A stretch of DNA of 64,000 bases from IMG/VR virus record IMGVR_UViG_3300047322_001237, positions 1-64,000 of that record; one strand, 5' to 3'. Position 1 is the first letter of the stretch. Each line of letters opens with the position of its first letter. The translations under genes were made by a program, and so were the position numbers. The notes below the pieces were generated by a model. That model worked only from the letters and a program-made list of their open reading frames with translations, was not told the DNA's origin and did not search any database. Below are positions 45,264 through 55,668 of this stretch, in pieces.

Positions 45264-46238
45264 TTAGTTGTATTTCAGGTTCGGTGCCGTGATCGACTGC
45301 GTTGCGGCGATCGTGACCGCAGACACGTTCCCCTTGACATCCATACTGCCGAGCAACTCAGTCTGTCCAGCAATGGTGATCTTGCCTGTGCCAGCTGTAC
45401 CACCGTTGCCGCCACCGCCTGCGGAGGTGGTCATGTCGCCATTCAGCCCCATCGCACCGTTTTCGGTGAAGTCGCCGTTGTGAGTGGTCGTCGCCTTGAT
45501 GCCGAGCGTGTTCGACGTGATGTTCGACGTTTCGGATTCGAGGTTCCAGTGCTTGGTCTTCATGGAGATCGAATCCTGCGTCTCCAGCGCGATCTTCTGC
45601 CGCATCATCTGCAAAAGCGACTGGTCACCGTTCCCCATCTCGAAGTGGTTCTGCGTCGAGTCGAGGATCAGGTAGTTCCCGACGTCATCCTGCATGCGGA
45701 AGTAGCCTTCCTTCGTGTTGAGCTGGATGTCATAGCCGTAAGGCTCGCTATTCGCCTTCGACGTATGTAGCGTGATCAATCCCGAATGCGTCGAGACTTC
45801 GATGTAGTAGCTGTTCGATGCGTCCGTGCCTTTCGATTCGTCGCTCGTTCCACTGAAGGCCCAGACGACCGTTTCCAGCTTCCGCAGCGCTGAGTCATCC
45901 GTCAGCGTAGTCCACCAGTATTTGTCCTCGTCCGCGAACTGATAGATCGCCACCGTGGCGCCCCGGCGCACGTCCGGTGCCGTCATGCGGTTGCCCGTCC
46001 CCAGTTTGAGCCAAGTTGCCTTGATCGTGTTCGACGACGCGACCTGAGTCTTGTAGGCCGAGCCGGTGTTATCGGCACCCGACGCGGTGATCTGGCTTCC
46101 CATGTCGGAGAGTTCGCCGTTCAGGAACGGCAGCTTCTCGATGGGGGTGACTTCGATTTCGTTGCTCGAAAGGAGCTTGTTTGCGGCGACGATGCCGTTG
46201 CTGAAAAACTTGAGTTGAGAGGGCTTGTTGCCATCCAT
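45264..46238 (-). CDS. Baseplate central spike / tail tip protein (phiKZ gp164-like)
   Basis: OB-like N-terminus (NRMTAPDVRRGATVAIYQFAD), then repetitive short beta strands typical of gp5/VgrG-type beta-helix spikes. Confidence 0.75.
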   Translation of the reverse strand: MDGNKPSQLKFFSNGIVAANKLLSSNEIEVTPIEKLPFLNGELSDMGSQITASGADNTGSAYKTQVASSNTIKATWLKLGTGNRMTAPDVRRGATVAIYQFADEDKYWWTTLTDDSALRKLETVVWAFSGTSDESKGTDASNSYYIEVSTHSGLITLHTSKANSEPYGYDIQLNTKEGYFRMQDDVGNYLILDSTQNHFEMGNGDQSLLQMMRQKIALETQDSISMKTKHWNLESETSNITSNTLGIKATTTHNGDFTENGAMGLNGDMTTSAGGGGNGGTAGTGKITIAGQTELLGSMDVKGNVSAVTIAATQSITAPNLKYN

Positions 46239-46307
46239 TTCTGACTCGCTTGGTAAAAGTTACGCCATAGGATCATCGTCTGTGGAACAACAAAGAAGGG
46301 GACCGCG

Positions 46308-48830
46308 ATGCGCTACACGGCACTGAAACTCACTGGCTATAAGCGGTTCAAGCTCAACCAGATTGAAACGTTCGAGATCCGTCCGACCGAGCTGATCCAG
46401 CTCATCCTCGGCACCAACGGCTCGGGCAAGTCCTCGCTGATCGAGGAACTCACGCCGTTGCCGGCGAACCCTGCCTACTTCACGAAGGAGGGCAGCAAAG
46501 AGATCCATATCGTCGATCGCGGGCATCAGTTCGTCTTGACGAGCACCTTTGCGTCGGGCAACAAGCACAGCTTCATGAAGGACGGTGAGGAGCAGAACCC
46601 GGGCGGGACGGGGGCCGTGCAAAAGGAATTGGTCAGGCAGGAGTTCGGGATCACGGGAGAAACCCATGATCTGGCGACTGGCGTGGAAAAGTTCACCAGC
46701 ATGGGTCCGGCTCGCCGCCGTGAATGGTTCACCCGGCTAGCGGAAACCAACTTCGACTATGCGATCGGTGTGTACAACAAGTTGCGGGAGGAATTCCGGA
46801 ACGTGTCGGGCGCACTGAAGCTGGACAAGAAGCAGCTCGTGATTGAGCAGGCGAAGATCATTTCGGAAGAGGAGCAGCAGCAGCTCATCAGGGACGTGAA
46901 GGATCTGCACGTCGAGCTGACCCGTCTGATCGAAATGCGCGCACCGATCGAGCGGCCGCTGTCGCAGGTCGATTCCGCACGGATGGCAACGGAAGCACAG
47001 CTCCGGTCGCTGAGTGAGCGCCTGCTGAATCTTCGCGTCGAGTCGCCCGCCCGCGCCTACCGGAACGAATGGTACGAGCTGGTTACGCCCGTGTTCAACT
47101 CGGTCGACGATGTGGATCGGCACATGGACCTGATCCGGCACCGAATTACCGCGCAGGAGGCTGTGCTCACGAAGAGTGTGACCGATCACGAGAAGTTGAA
47201 GGAGACGGTTGAGATTCTGAAGAAACGCGGCACTGAGGGGGTCAAGTCGGTTCAGCTCCGAATCCAGCAAGCACGCGACGCCCGCGACGCACTGTTGAAA
47301 GGTCGACAATTGAAATTGGAAGGCTTTGACCCGACCGCAGCGATGCAGTCGTTCGAGTCGATCCACGAGGCAATGTTCGACTTGCTCAACCGCCTTCCGG
47401 AGAACCAAGATGAACGGTTCAGCCGTGCCAAGTTAGATGAAACGCGCGCCACGCTGCTAACGTTCAAAGAGCAGCGGACAAAAAAGGGACAGGAGCTCGC
47501 TCACTTCCAAGCGAAGAAGCAGCACCTCGAACAGCACAAGGCAAATGGCGCGACAACGTGCCCCAAATGCCAGCACACGTTCACCCAAGGCGTGAGTCCG
47601 GAAGCACTCGATGTGCTCACCCGTCAGGTCGTCAGGAATCAGGCGGAGCTGGCCACGCTTGAAGCCTTGGTCGGGAAGACCGAGGAAACCATCGCGCAGA
47701 TTCAGTCCTACGGTGAGCTTTTCCGGGAGGTGCATCAGACGATCCGGGGCACGCCGGCACTGCGGCCGTTTTGGGATCACCTGCTGGAGACCGACTACCT
47801 GAAGACCGCACCTAAGGTTGCGGCCAACATGCTCGTTGGGGTACTTCGGGAAGATCTCGAGTTGGAGGTCAAGGCGAAGCGCCACGTCGACGACATTGAG
47901 GAACTAACTAAGCTTCTTGTGCAGTCGGAAGAGCTCGGTGATCAGAACCTGGCCGAGGTCTCCGTGAAGCTCGGCGAGTCCAGTTTGCAGATCGAGGCGT
48001 TGACCAAAACGCTTTCGGAAGCCCGACAGGATCTCAACGCGTTCGCCCTGTACCGGCGCCAGCTCATGGAGGCGATCGACCTGTCCCATCAGATCGAGGT
48101 TGCCCGAAGGAGCTTCCACGACCTCACCGAAATGCAGGTCGAGACGCTGCGCCGGATGACGGTCCAGCAATGCATCCAGCACACGCAAAGCACGCTCGCC
48201 CGCAAGGAAGAGATTCTGAACGCCCTCAACCAGCAAAAGGCAATCGTCGAAAGCCTCAACAAGACGATCGCTCGCCGGACGCTGGAAGAGGAGGCGCTGC
48301 GTGTGAGCGTTCGCGGACTGTCGCCCACGGACGGGCTGATTGCAGACGGACTGCTGGGGTCGATCAGAAGTTTTACCCACCAGATGAATCAGTTGATCCG
48401 CAAGATCTGGTCGTACCCGCTGGAAGTCTTGCCGTGCGGGATGTCGAGCGAACGCGGCGCGGAACTGGACTACAAGTTCCCGCTTCTCGTCGGTAATCGG
48501 GACAACATCGTTGCGGACGTGAGCCGTGGCAGCAGCGGCATGCAGGAAATTGTCGATTTGGCTTTCAAGGTCGTCGCCCTGAACCGCCTGCATCTCGACC
48601 ACGGTCCGTTGACGCTCGACGAGTTCGGAAAGACGCTCGACCTCGAACATCAGCACGCGGCCGTCATGGCCATCAAGACGCTGATGGACACGAAGCCTTT
48701 CACGCAGCTTTTCATGATCTCGCACTTCGAGGCCCACTACGGCGCCTTCACGAACGCGGAGGTCTGCGTGCTGGACGCCCGGAACATCGCGGTGCCGAAG
48801 GTCTACAACACACACGTCACCATGCATTAA
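46308..48830 (+). CDS. sbcC: SbcC/Rad50-like SMC ATPase (phiKZ gp165-like)
   Basis: Walker A GTNGSGKSS, zinc hook CPKC, signature SSGMQE, Walker B LTLDEFG, ISH, and long coiled coils. Confidence 0.92.
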   Translation: MRYTALKLTGYKRFKLNQIETFEIRPTELIQLILGTNGSGKSSLIEELTPLPANPAYFTKEGSKEIHIVDRGHQFVLTSTFASGNKHSFMKDGEEQNPGGTGAVQKELVRQEFGITGETHDLATGVEKFTSMGPARRREWFTRLAETNFDYAIGVYNKLREEFRNVSGALKLDKKQLVIEQAKIISEEEQQQLIRDVKDLHVELTRLIEMRAPIERPLSQVDSARMATEAQLRSLSERLLNLRVESPARAYRNEWYELVTPVFNSVDDVDRHMDLIRHRITAQEAVLTKSVTDHEKLKETVEILKKRGTEGVKSVQLRIQQARDARDALLKGRQLKLEGFDPTAAMQSFESIHEAMFDLLNRLPENQDERFSRAKLDETRATLLTFKEQRTKKGQELAHFQAKKQHLEQHKANGATTCPKCQHTFTQGVSPEALDVLTRQVVRNQAELATLEALVGKTEETIAQIQSYGELFREVHQTIRGTPALRPFWDHLLETDYLKTAPKVAANMLVGVLREDLELEVKAKRHVDDIEELTKLLVQSEELGDQNLAEVSVKLGESSLQIEALTKTLSEARQDLNAFALYRRQLMEAIDLSHQIEVARRSFHDLTEMQVETLRRMTVQQCIQHTQSTLARKEEILNALNQQKAIVESLNKTIARRTLEEEALRVSVRGLSPTDGLIADGLLGSIRSFTHQMNQLIRKIWSYPLEVLPCGMSSERGAELDYKFPLLVGNRDNIVADVSRGSSGMQEIVDLAFKVVALNRLHLDHGPLTLDEFGKTLDLEHQHAAVMAIKTLMDTKPFTQLFMISHFEAHYGAFTNAEVCVLDARNIAVPKVYNTHVTMH

Positions 48831-48844
48831 AAGGAAACAAGAAG

Positions 48845-49759
48845 ATGGAAGTCAAAGACATCATCGACACGCTGACCGCGGTCAACCAGCATCTCACCAG
48901 CGCCCAGCGCGAGCTTTTGCAACTAACGCTCCGTCTCCAGAACGTCGCCGAAGATCAACTGAACCTAGCTGCGGTTGAGCAGACCGCTGGGAACCTGCAG
49001 GCGACTGCGCAGGCCGTGCAAGAGACGGCGCAGCGCTGGACGATGCCCTCGGCTGAGAATCCGGTCGTTCCGGGCGTCCACCGGATCCACGTCGGAGCCG
49101 ATTATCAGGCCCGGCGCTTCACGGGAGACGAAGTCAATCCCGCGGCGGCCGCGCCGTCGATGTCAGATGCGCTGCAAACCGCGAAGACCGTGCTGAAAGA
49201 TGCGCTCCGTGCCGCCGGTCAGTCGCAACTCGTGGACATGGTCGACCACGTGAGCGAAGCCGATCTGAAGCGCGTTCAGTCAGTGGCCGAGCAACCGACA
49301 CCGGCCGATGGCCCGACGCCGGTAACATCGACGGAGTCGCACGAGGCCAAGCGCGATCGCGAGTCGCTGGCAGCGTTCGCTGGCCCCGGCAGCATCTTCG
49401 TCACGCATCTCAACGCAGACACGGTGCAGGGTGGCCGCGGCCAGCTCGGGAAGGGCATCGCGGGTCTCAGCCGCTGGCAAGAGGACGCGCGCTGGATCGA
49501 CGAAACGCGTCTGAAGGGTTGGCCGTCCGGCTTCTATCAGAATCGGGATACGAAGGCGACGCAGCTGCTCATCAACACGGCACGCGCTGCCATCCTCGTC
49601 GATGGCTTGCCTAACCCGGGCGCTCAGGTTTTCGTGTTGCGATACGACATGAAGGCTGGCTTCGAACCCGCGGAGGTGCTCCCGCTGCTCGAGCGCACGC
49701 GTGTGCTTTCGTACATCCAGACGGCATTCAATAAGATGTTGCTGGAGGCTGCAGCGTAA
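48845..49759 (+). CDS. Hypothetical protein
   Basis: 304 aa with RBS. N-terminal coiled coil, Pro/Ala linkers and a C-terminal globular region. Confidence 0.7.
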   Translation: MEVKDIIDTLTAVNQHLTSAQRELLQLTLRLQNVAEDQLNLAAVEQTAGNLQATAQAVQETAQRWTMPSAENPVVPGVHRIHVGADYQARRFTGDEVNPAAAAPSMSDALQTAKTVLKDALRAAGQSQLVDMVDHVSEADLKRVQSVAEQPTPADGPTPVTSTESHEAKRDRESLAAFAGPGSIFVTHLNADTVQGGRGQLGKGIAGLSRWQEDARWIDETRLKGWPSGFYQNRDTKATQLLINTARAAILVDGLPNPGAQVFVLRYDMKAGFEPAEVLPLLERTRVLSYIQTAFNKMLLEAAA

Positions 49760-49766
49760 GTAACAG

Positions 49767-49816
49767 ACGTCATAGAAGCCAGAGAGGACGCAAAGTCCTC
49801 TCTGGCCTTTATGCCG
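49767..49816. terminator. CATA-hairpin-TATG element at convergent junction
   Basis: acgtcatag-aagccagagaggac-gcaa-agtcctctctggc-ctttatgccg. Confidence 0.7.
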
Positions 49817-49832
49817 TTCGCTTGCTACGGAG

Positions 49833-50438
49833 TCAGATCGGGGACAGAAGTTGATCCCTGAGCCGGCTGTATTCTCGATGAACGACCTGATACCTTGACT
49901 GAATCCCATCCAGCGTTCTATAGAGAGAACGCTTCGCCTGGCTTCGCTTTTCGTCATCAGCAGATGACTTTCCGGTTATTTTGGAAAGGTCATTGTGGGC
50001 TTTAAGGCCGCCCGGGTTCATTGCAAACCGATTGGGCGAGACACCCGGATCGTTGATGACATCGGGAAAACGGTCGGGGTCGTAGACGACCTCAAAGTAC
50101 AAAGCGATGGCTATTGTGAAGTTAATGAATTCTTCCCTTCGGGCTGGAGTCCGTAGGATTCCGAGCGCCTTTGCATGAAGATGCCTGGACAATGCGCTGT
50201 CGCGTTCAAGCTCTTCGAACAACGGGTGGTCGCTTGTGACCTCAACTGATCGATCGTCGAGAAGTCTTAGGTACCGGCCAAATCTTTCCATGTAGTTTTG
50301 ATGGACCGCCTCCAGGTCATTCATCACCGGAACCACAAAGTCCGAAAAGCTGTTGCGATTGACTTTCTCTCGCCGATCAATCAACTGGGCGAGTCGGTCA
50401 AGTACAGCAACGAGCGACAAAATGGTCTCAGCGATCAT
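49833..50438 (-). CDS. Orphan hypothetical protein with atypical, AT-richer codon usage
   Basis: 201 aa, predicted helical, with many A/T-ending codons compared with its neighbours. Confidence 0.6.
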   Translation of the reverse strand: MIAETILSLVAVLDRLAQLIDRREKVNRNSFSDFVVPVMNDLEAVHQNYMERFGRYLRLLDDRSVEVTSDHPLFEELERDSALSRHLHAKALGILRTPARREEFINFTIAIALYFEVVYDPDRFPDVINDPGVSPNRFAMNPGGLKAHNDLSKITGKSSADDEKRSQAKRSLYRTLDGIQSRYQVVHREYSRLRDQLLSPI

Positions 50439-50465
50439 GCCGGGCTCCGAGACGATCTAGTCTAA

Positions 50466-50493
50466 GCAATATACGCCTCCGCCACGGAGGCGA
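50466..50493 (-). promoter_or_regulatory. Hairpin followed by TATATTGC, candidate early-type promoter
   Basis: Minus strand reads cgcctccg-tgg-cggaggcg-TATATTGC, 28 bp before ATG 50438. The phiKZ early consensus is TATATTAC (one mismatch). Confidence 0.35.
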
Positions 50494-50514
50494 GGACGGT
50501 CATCGAATCGCGTG

Positions 50515-51768
50515 TTAGCTACCGCTCACACTTAAATCACAGCCAATCCGTAAGAAGAATGCAGGACTGATGTCCCGCGCGTTCATCGGATTGCGTGAAT
50601 CAGTGAGCGTTACTTGTGCTTTCGATTCCACCGTATTGAAGAGATAGTTGTCGCGCAATGTGTCTTCCGTCGTCAGTGCCCACTGGCCGTCTTCTTTGAT
50701 CGACCAGTATTCCGACACCTTCCCGTATCCGGCGACGAGCGGCCACTCAGGCTCAACATAGCTCACGTACAGGTTCGGAAACTTCGCAGCCCGTACCCGC
50801 ACCAGATCCGTCCAGAGCTCGGTGTTGTTGACCAACACGACAAACGACTGAGACAGGGTGAGATACGCCTCGATGAAGTCGTCCGAGAGCATGTCGTCCA
50901 CCGAGAAGGCTTCCGAATTGTTCGGGTAGCTCGTGAGCGGCAAACTGGACAGATCGATGAACGGCTTCGACTCGAAGTAGCGCTCAAACAGCGGCAGGTT
51001 ATTGAAGTCGATCATGATCGAGTTCTTGCCCACCATCCGGACCGTCTTCGAATCGAGGACGTGCAGGTACCCGCCGACCACCACCATCACGGTGTAGTTG
51101 GTTAGGTCCCGCCCCAAATTCAGATATGCGTGGTTGGCGTAGGACTGCGTGTCCTTCTGCTTGAACAGCATGCTGCTCGTGATCGGGATGTGGGTGAGCT
51201 TGCCGAGATCTTGGAAGCTCACGACGCCGAGCTTGTTCTTCTTCGAATGGATGCAGGACTTCATCCCGTCCGTCACCCAGACGCCCGTCTGCTTGTCCGT
51301 GTCGATCAGATGGAAGAAACCGTTCACCGACACGAGACAGCTCTCGTAGAAGGTCTCGTAGTTGATGTCCGAACGCGTCAGGAGCAGGTCGGTCTTTTCC
51401 GAGGTTGGCAGGGGGGCGGTGACCGACGCACGATGGCTGATAGGCGTGATGCTGTAACCCGCGCGGAAGCCGTCCTGATAGCGCGCGTACTTTGTCGACA
51501 GCGTGGGGATCGTGGTGGTGGTCGGAAGTGCCTTGTTCCCGAGGCCAGCCAGATACGCATTGAACGTCTGAAACTGGTTCGTGATCTTGGGGAGAATCTT
51601 GTTCAGATTCAGGCTGACGTTGCCTGCCAAGAAGGTGTTCGAAAGGACCGCGTACACGGTCGAATAGTTCTGAATAACCGTGGCAAACGTCATGTTGCCA
51701 AGGTCAATGGCGCTCCATTTTTCGCCGTTTGTGAGCGACTTGCCAATGGCACTTACCAAGGTATACAT
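50515..51768 (-). CDS. Virion structural protein, probably baseplate
   Basis: 417 aa, MYTLVSAIGK N-terminus, CLVSVNGFFH, divergent from the fibre cluster. Confidence 0.65.
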   Translation of the reverse strand: MYTLVSAIGKSLTNGEKWSAIDLGNMTFATVIQNYSTVYAVLSNTFLAGNVSLNLNKILPKITNQFQTFNAYLAGLGNKALPTTTTIPTLSTKYARYQDGFRAGYSITPISHRASVTAPLPTSEKTDLLLTRSDINYETFYESCLVSVNGFFHLIDTDKQTGVWVTDGMKSCIHSKKNKLGVVSFQDLGKLTHIPITSSMLFKQKDTQSYANHAYLNLGRDLTNYTVMVVVGGYLHVLDSKTVRMVGKNSIMIDFNNLPLFERYFESKPFIDLSSLPLTSYPNNSEAFSVDDMLSDDFIEAYLTLSQSFVVLVNNTELWTDLVRVRAAKFPNLYVSYVEPEWPLVAGYGKVSEYWSIKEDGQWALTTEDTLRDNYLFNTVESKAQVTLTDSRNPMNARDISPAFFLRIGCDLSVSGS

Positions 51769-51798
51769 GCGTCTCTCCGAGCAACCGAATCGTAATCG

Positions 51799-51821
51799 TA
51801 TGTCAAGTTGACCTAACCATA
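51799..51821. promoter_or_regulatory. Divergent candidate late promoters (TATG plus 51799-51802, minus 51818-51821) around a GTCAAGTTGAC palindrome
   Basis: Located in the 86-bp gap between divergent structural genes. Confidence 0.45.
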
Positions 51822-51854
51822 CGATGAGCTTTCCGGCGTTCGGGAGTCTTCAGC

Positions 51855-54122
51855 ATGTCCACATCCACTCTTTCGTATCCGTTCGATCCGACGGGTTCGC
51901 TGGCATCGAACCTGATCAAGGGCGAGCAACAACAGCTGGTAGCTCAGAATTTTCGGGACCAGCATCTCATCATTCCGGCCGCCGCGCCGTTCTTCGCTGA
52001 CACCGTCCAGATCACGTATAAAGACACGTCGGGTCAGATCAGCACGCTTCACGAAGGCGTCGACTTTTACTTCACGCACTGGTTCATCTCCGCAAGCCGT
52101 GCTTGCGCGAAACGGGTGTATGGCTCGATCAGTTTCATCGACACCGCACTCGCCGGTATTGTATCCCTTCAATATCAGACGGTCGGTGGTGTCTGGACCC
52201 TGAGCGCGCAGCAGATCGCAACGCTGCTGGCGAACACGCTGGACAACGCACGCGTCACGTCGTGGGAAGAAATCAGCGGCACGCCTTATGCCTTCCCGCC
52301 CGAAGCGCATAGCTGGGACATCACCGATCTTGTCGGCATGACCGAAGTGGTCGATGCGCTTTCCGGCATCCAGACCGTTCTCCAGCAGACTGGCGGCACG
52401 GGTCTGGCCGCGCACATCGCGGACCACGGTAACCCGCACGTCGTGACCGCGACTCAAGTGGGTCTCGGCAAAGTCCAGAACTACGCGACAGCGGCGAACA
52501 GTGACGGGGTAGCGGGTACGTCGACCACCCTGTACATGACGCCAGCAACCACCGCTGCGGCAATCCAGTCGCAGGTGCTGGGTCCGATGAATTCGCACAT
52601 CGCGAACTACTCGAACCCCCACCACGTCACGGCTGCACAGGTGGGCTTGGGCAACGTTCAGAACTACGGCGTGGCCACACCTGCGGATGCTGCAGCTGGC
52701 GTCTCGACGTCGCTCTACATGACGCCTGCCACGACGATGGCTGCGATCAACAACTCGCTGGGCTCGTCACTCAACGCTCACTTGCTCGACTTCAACAACC
52801 CTCACGAAGTCAGCGCGGCACAGGTGGGTCTCGGCAACGTCCGCAACCTGTCGACGGCCACAACCGCCGATGCGATCGCTGGCACGAGCAACGATCTGTA
52901 CATGACGCCTGCCGCCACGGCCGCCGCCCTCAATGCGAGCGGGGCAATGGGTCTGATCACGGCGCACGAGGCGGATTTCACGAATCCGCACCACACGACC
53001 GCTGCTCAGGTCGGCGCTTATTCGAGTGCCCAGATCGATTCCATGTTGCTGGGCTATCTGACGACAACAGGCAAGGCCGCGGACACTTCGCTGTTCAACG
53101 GACTGACCCTGGCGCAAGTGACCTCGCAGATCCTGTCAGGCACGGCCAACAACGCGACCATGCTCGGCGGTATGACGCCCGCGCAGTTTCAGTCGTATGT
53201 GTCCGGCGGCACGGCGAACGACTCCGAAATGTTCGGTGGCATGTCGCCTGCCGACTGGGACACGTATATCGCGAACGCGACGGTGGCAAATGCGAATCTG
53301 GTCTATGGCCTCACGCAAGCGGCGCTCACCTCCGCAATCCTGTCTGGCACCGCCGCCAATGCGTTGGAACTCGGCGGTCAGAACGTCTCTCAGCTAACGG
53401 CCTCCATCCTCGCAGGCACGGCGGCGAATTCGACGCAGCTCAACGGGTTGACGCAGGCCCAGCTGACCTCGGCAATCCTTGCCGGAACGGCGGCGAATGC
53501 GACCGCTCTTGGCGGTCAGTCAGCATCGCAGCTGCAGGCAGCGACCATTGCGGCAAGCAACGCTCAGATGTGGACCGCGGGCACGGTCGCTGCACAAGAA
53601 TCGGTACCTTCGAACACGAGCGCGGCGGCGAACGTCTGGACGCCGATCGGCAAGCTGAATATGCCGGGCAGCGCGCAAACGCAGACGGTGTTTCCGGATG
53701 TTCAATGGCTCGTCGCCGGCGGCGATGCGACCAGCGATACCCAGAGCGGCGCCTGGTTCCTGCGAATCTCGGTGCGTGACACGACGCAGACCAACAACGT
53801 CGCGCTGCAGGCAATTAGCTTGAGTGGCATCAACGTGACCTCGGCTGTTTTTGGCTACACGATCGACAGCACGAACGCGAACGCACCGGTTCTGACGGTC
53901 TGGATGAAAACGCCGGGCCATACGAACCAGATCTCGGTGACTTCGCTCTCGGAAAACACCAGCCAGTTCCTCTCGACGATCGCGCAAGTCACGACGGAGC
54001 CGACCGGCATCGTCTACACGACGACAGACACGTTTGCCCTGGCTTCCGAGATGAGCAACATGCTCACGCAGTTGACCACTGCCTTCACCACGCTCGCCAA
54101 CGCGGTGAACGGTACCTCCTAA
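51855..54122 (+). CDS. Tail fibre protein 1
   Basis: YPFDPTG..ASN N-terminal attachment domain, NPHxVTAAQVGLG repeats, A.NA..L.G repeats and a beta-rich C-terminal domain. Confidence 0.8.
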   Translation: MSTSTLSYPFDPTGSLASNLIKGEQQQLVAQNFRDQHLIIPAAAPFFADTVQITYKDTSGQISTLHEGVDFYFTHWFISASRACAKRVYGSISFIDTALAGIVSLQYQTVGGVWTLSAQQIATLLANTLDNARVTSWEEISGTPYAFPPEAHSWDITDLVGMTEVVDALSGIQTVLQQTGGTGLAAHIADHGNPHVVTATQVGLGKVQNYATAANSDGVAGTSTTLYMTPATTAAAIQSQVLGPMNSHIANYSNPHHVTAAQVGLGNVQNYGVATPADAAAGVSTSLYMTPATTMAAINNSLGSSLNAHLLDFNNPHEVSAAQVGLGNVRNLSTATTADAIAGTSNDLYMTPAATAAALNASGAMGLITAHEADFTNPHHTTAAQVGAYSSAQIDSMLLGYLTTTGKAADTSLFNGLTLAQVTSQILSGTANNATMLGGMTPAQFQSYVSGGTANDSEMFGGMSPADWDTYIANATVANANLVYGLTQAALTSAILSGTAANALELGGQNVSQLTASILAGTAANSTQLNGLTQAQLTSAILAGTAANATALGGQSASQLQAATIAASNAQMWTAGTVAAQESVPSNTSAAANVWTPIGKLNMPGSAQTQTVFPDVQWLVAGGDATSDTQSGAWFLRISVRDTTQTNNVALQAISLSGINVTSAVFGYTIDSTNANAPVLTVWMKTPGHTNQISVTSLSENTSQFLSTIAQVTTEPTGIVYTTTDTFALASEMSNMLTQLTTAFTTLANAVNGTS
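52431..53010 (+). repeat. Coding tandem repeats (NPH motif)
   Basis: NPH codons at 52431, 52614, 52797 and 52983, periods 183, 183 and 186 bp. Confidence 0.85.
53090..53530 (+). repeat. Coding tandem repeats of about 24 aa (A.N...L.G.T..Q)
   Basis: ANNATMLGGMTPAQ, ANDSEMFGGMSPAD, ANANLVYGLTQAA, ANALELGGQNVSQ, ANSTQLNGLTQAQ, ANATALGGQSASQ. Confidence 0.8.
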
Positions 54123-54242
54123 CGACTTTCCCGACCCTCCTCAAGACCCACGTTAGGCGGCAGGTGCGCCCGGCGTGGGCTTGGGCATGGTCGCCGTATG
54201 TATTCAAGCCGGGCATTCGTGCTCTGGCCGGAGTCAACCCTT

Positions 54243-55649
54243 ATGTCTACGCCACCGCTTACGCTACCTTTGGACCCAACCGGTAGCGCAGCCAGCAATC
54301 TCATCACGGCTGAGGTCCAAACGATCGGAACGCGCGGCACGCGGGCGTTTCCGGTCAACTACGGTCTTTTTTTCCGGAAGTCTTTGGTCGTTAAAGACAC
54401 GACCACGAACAAGGTTCTCGTTCAGGGGACGCAGTACTACGCCACGCAGATGGACGTCGAAGCCTCGATGCGGTACGGACAGGAGATCGACGCGAGCATC
54501 GTCATCACCGATTCGACCGTGGGCTCGAGCGTCAGCGTCACGTACCAGGCGCTGGGTGGTGTCAACAGCATTTCGCAGGCTGCGGTGACCACAGCGGTCA
54601 CGGCTTTGCAGATCGACGACGCGCCCGCAACCTGGGCGAGCATTACGAACAAGCCAAGCAAATACCCGGTCGCGCCTCACCAGCACATCGCTGATGACAT
54701 GTACGGCATGGAGTTTGTCGTTGTTGCATTGAATCGTCTCGGAAGCGCGATCCAGTTGGGGCAGGGTACAGCACAGGCTGAGTTGCAAGCATACGCCGAG
54801 GCGGTCATTCAGGAGCTCATCGGTCAGATCGCCGCTGCAAACGCGGCGCTCAACGCGCACACGACGAATTTTGGCAACCCGCACCAGGTGACGGCGCATC
54901 AGATCGGATCGTACACGACCGAGGAAACGACGGCGGCTCTTGCGACAGAGACTACGAACCGGACCAACGGCGACTCGTCGATCCAGAGTCAGCTCAATAC
55001 GCATACGGCCGATCACACCAATCCGCACAAGGTCACAACCGCGCAGCTCGGGGCATTCAGCGCGACGCAGTCAGATTCGGCGATGACGGCCATGCAGACC
55101 GCACTGCAAAGCACGATTACGGCGAACGAGACGACCCAGAACGCGCACATTGCGAACTACAGCAACCCTCACCAAGTCACCGCTGCGCAGATCGGGACGT
55201 GGACCACGGGACAGATTGCGAGCGCCGTGGCCTCCTCGCAAGCGACGTTGCAAACGCAGGTGACTGCATTCGAAAGCTCGCTCAACGCGCACACGTCGAA
55301 CAAAAGCAACCCGCACAGCGACACCGCGGCCAACATCGGAACGTGGACGTACACGACGATCCAGAACTCGATCGTGAGTCCATACACGTCGCACGTCAAC
55401 AATAAGAGCAATCCGCATGGGGTGACGATCGCGCAGCTCGGCACGTATGCCGCCACGGACATCAACAACAATATCGCCGCGTATTACGGGAATGTCGTGA
55501 ACGAAGTCAATGCGCTAAACGGCACGATCAACGCCCACGTCAGCAATCAGAACAACCCACACGGGGACAACGTGAACAACACCGGCGGTGCGTACACCGG
55601 CGCGTACCTGCAGAACCTTATCAACACCACGTTGCATTCCCCAGGTTGA
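54243..55649 (+). CDS. Tail fibre protein 2
   Basis: Start ATG 54243 (LPLDPTGSAASN), GGAG RBS, many NPH repeats. Confidence 0.8.
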   Translation: MSTPPLTLPLDPTGSAASNLITAEVQTIGTRGTRAFPVNYGLFFRKSLVVKDTTTNKVLVQGTQYYATQMDVEASMRYGQEIDASIVITDSTVGSSVSVTYQALGGVNSISQAAVTTAVTALQIDDAPATWASITNKPSKYPVAPHQHIADDMYGMEFVVVALNRLGSAIQLGQGTAQAELQAYAEAVIQELIGQIAAANAALNAHTTNFGNPHQVTAHQIGSYTTEETTAALATETTNRTNGDSSIQSQLNTHTADHTNPHKVTTAQLGAFSATQSDSAMTAMQTALQSTITANETTQNAHIANYSNPHQVTAAQIGTWTTGQIASAVASSQATLQTQVTAFESSLNAHTSNKSNPHSDTAANIGTWTYTTIQNSIVSPYTSHVNNKSNPHGVTIAQLGTYAATDINNNIAAYYGNVVNEVNALNGTINAHVSNQNNPHGDNVNNTGGAYTGAYLQNLINTTLHSPG

Positions 55650-55668
55650 TCGACGGAGTAAAGGAAAC

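Noticed and set aside
54140-54230. Structured intergenic sequence as tRNA or riboswitch
   Set aside because: Only two simple hairpins, with no cloverleaf, T-loop or CCA pattern. Treated as terminator or leader stems.
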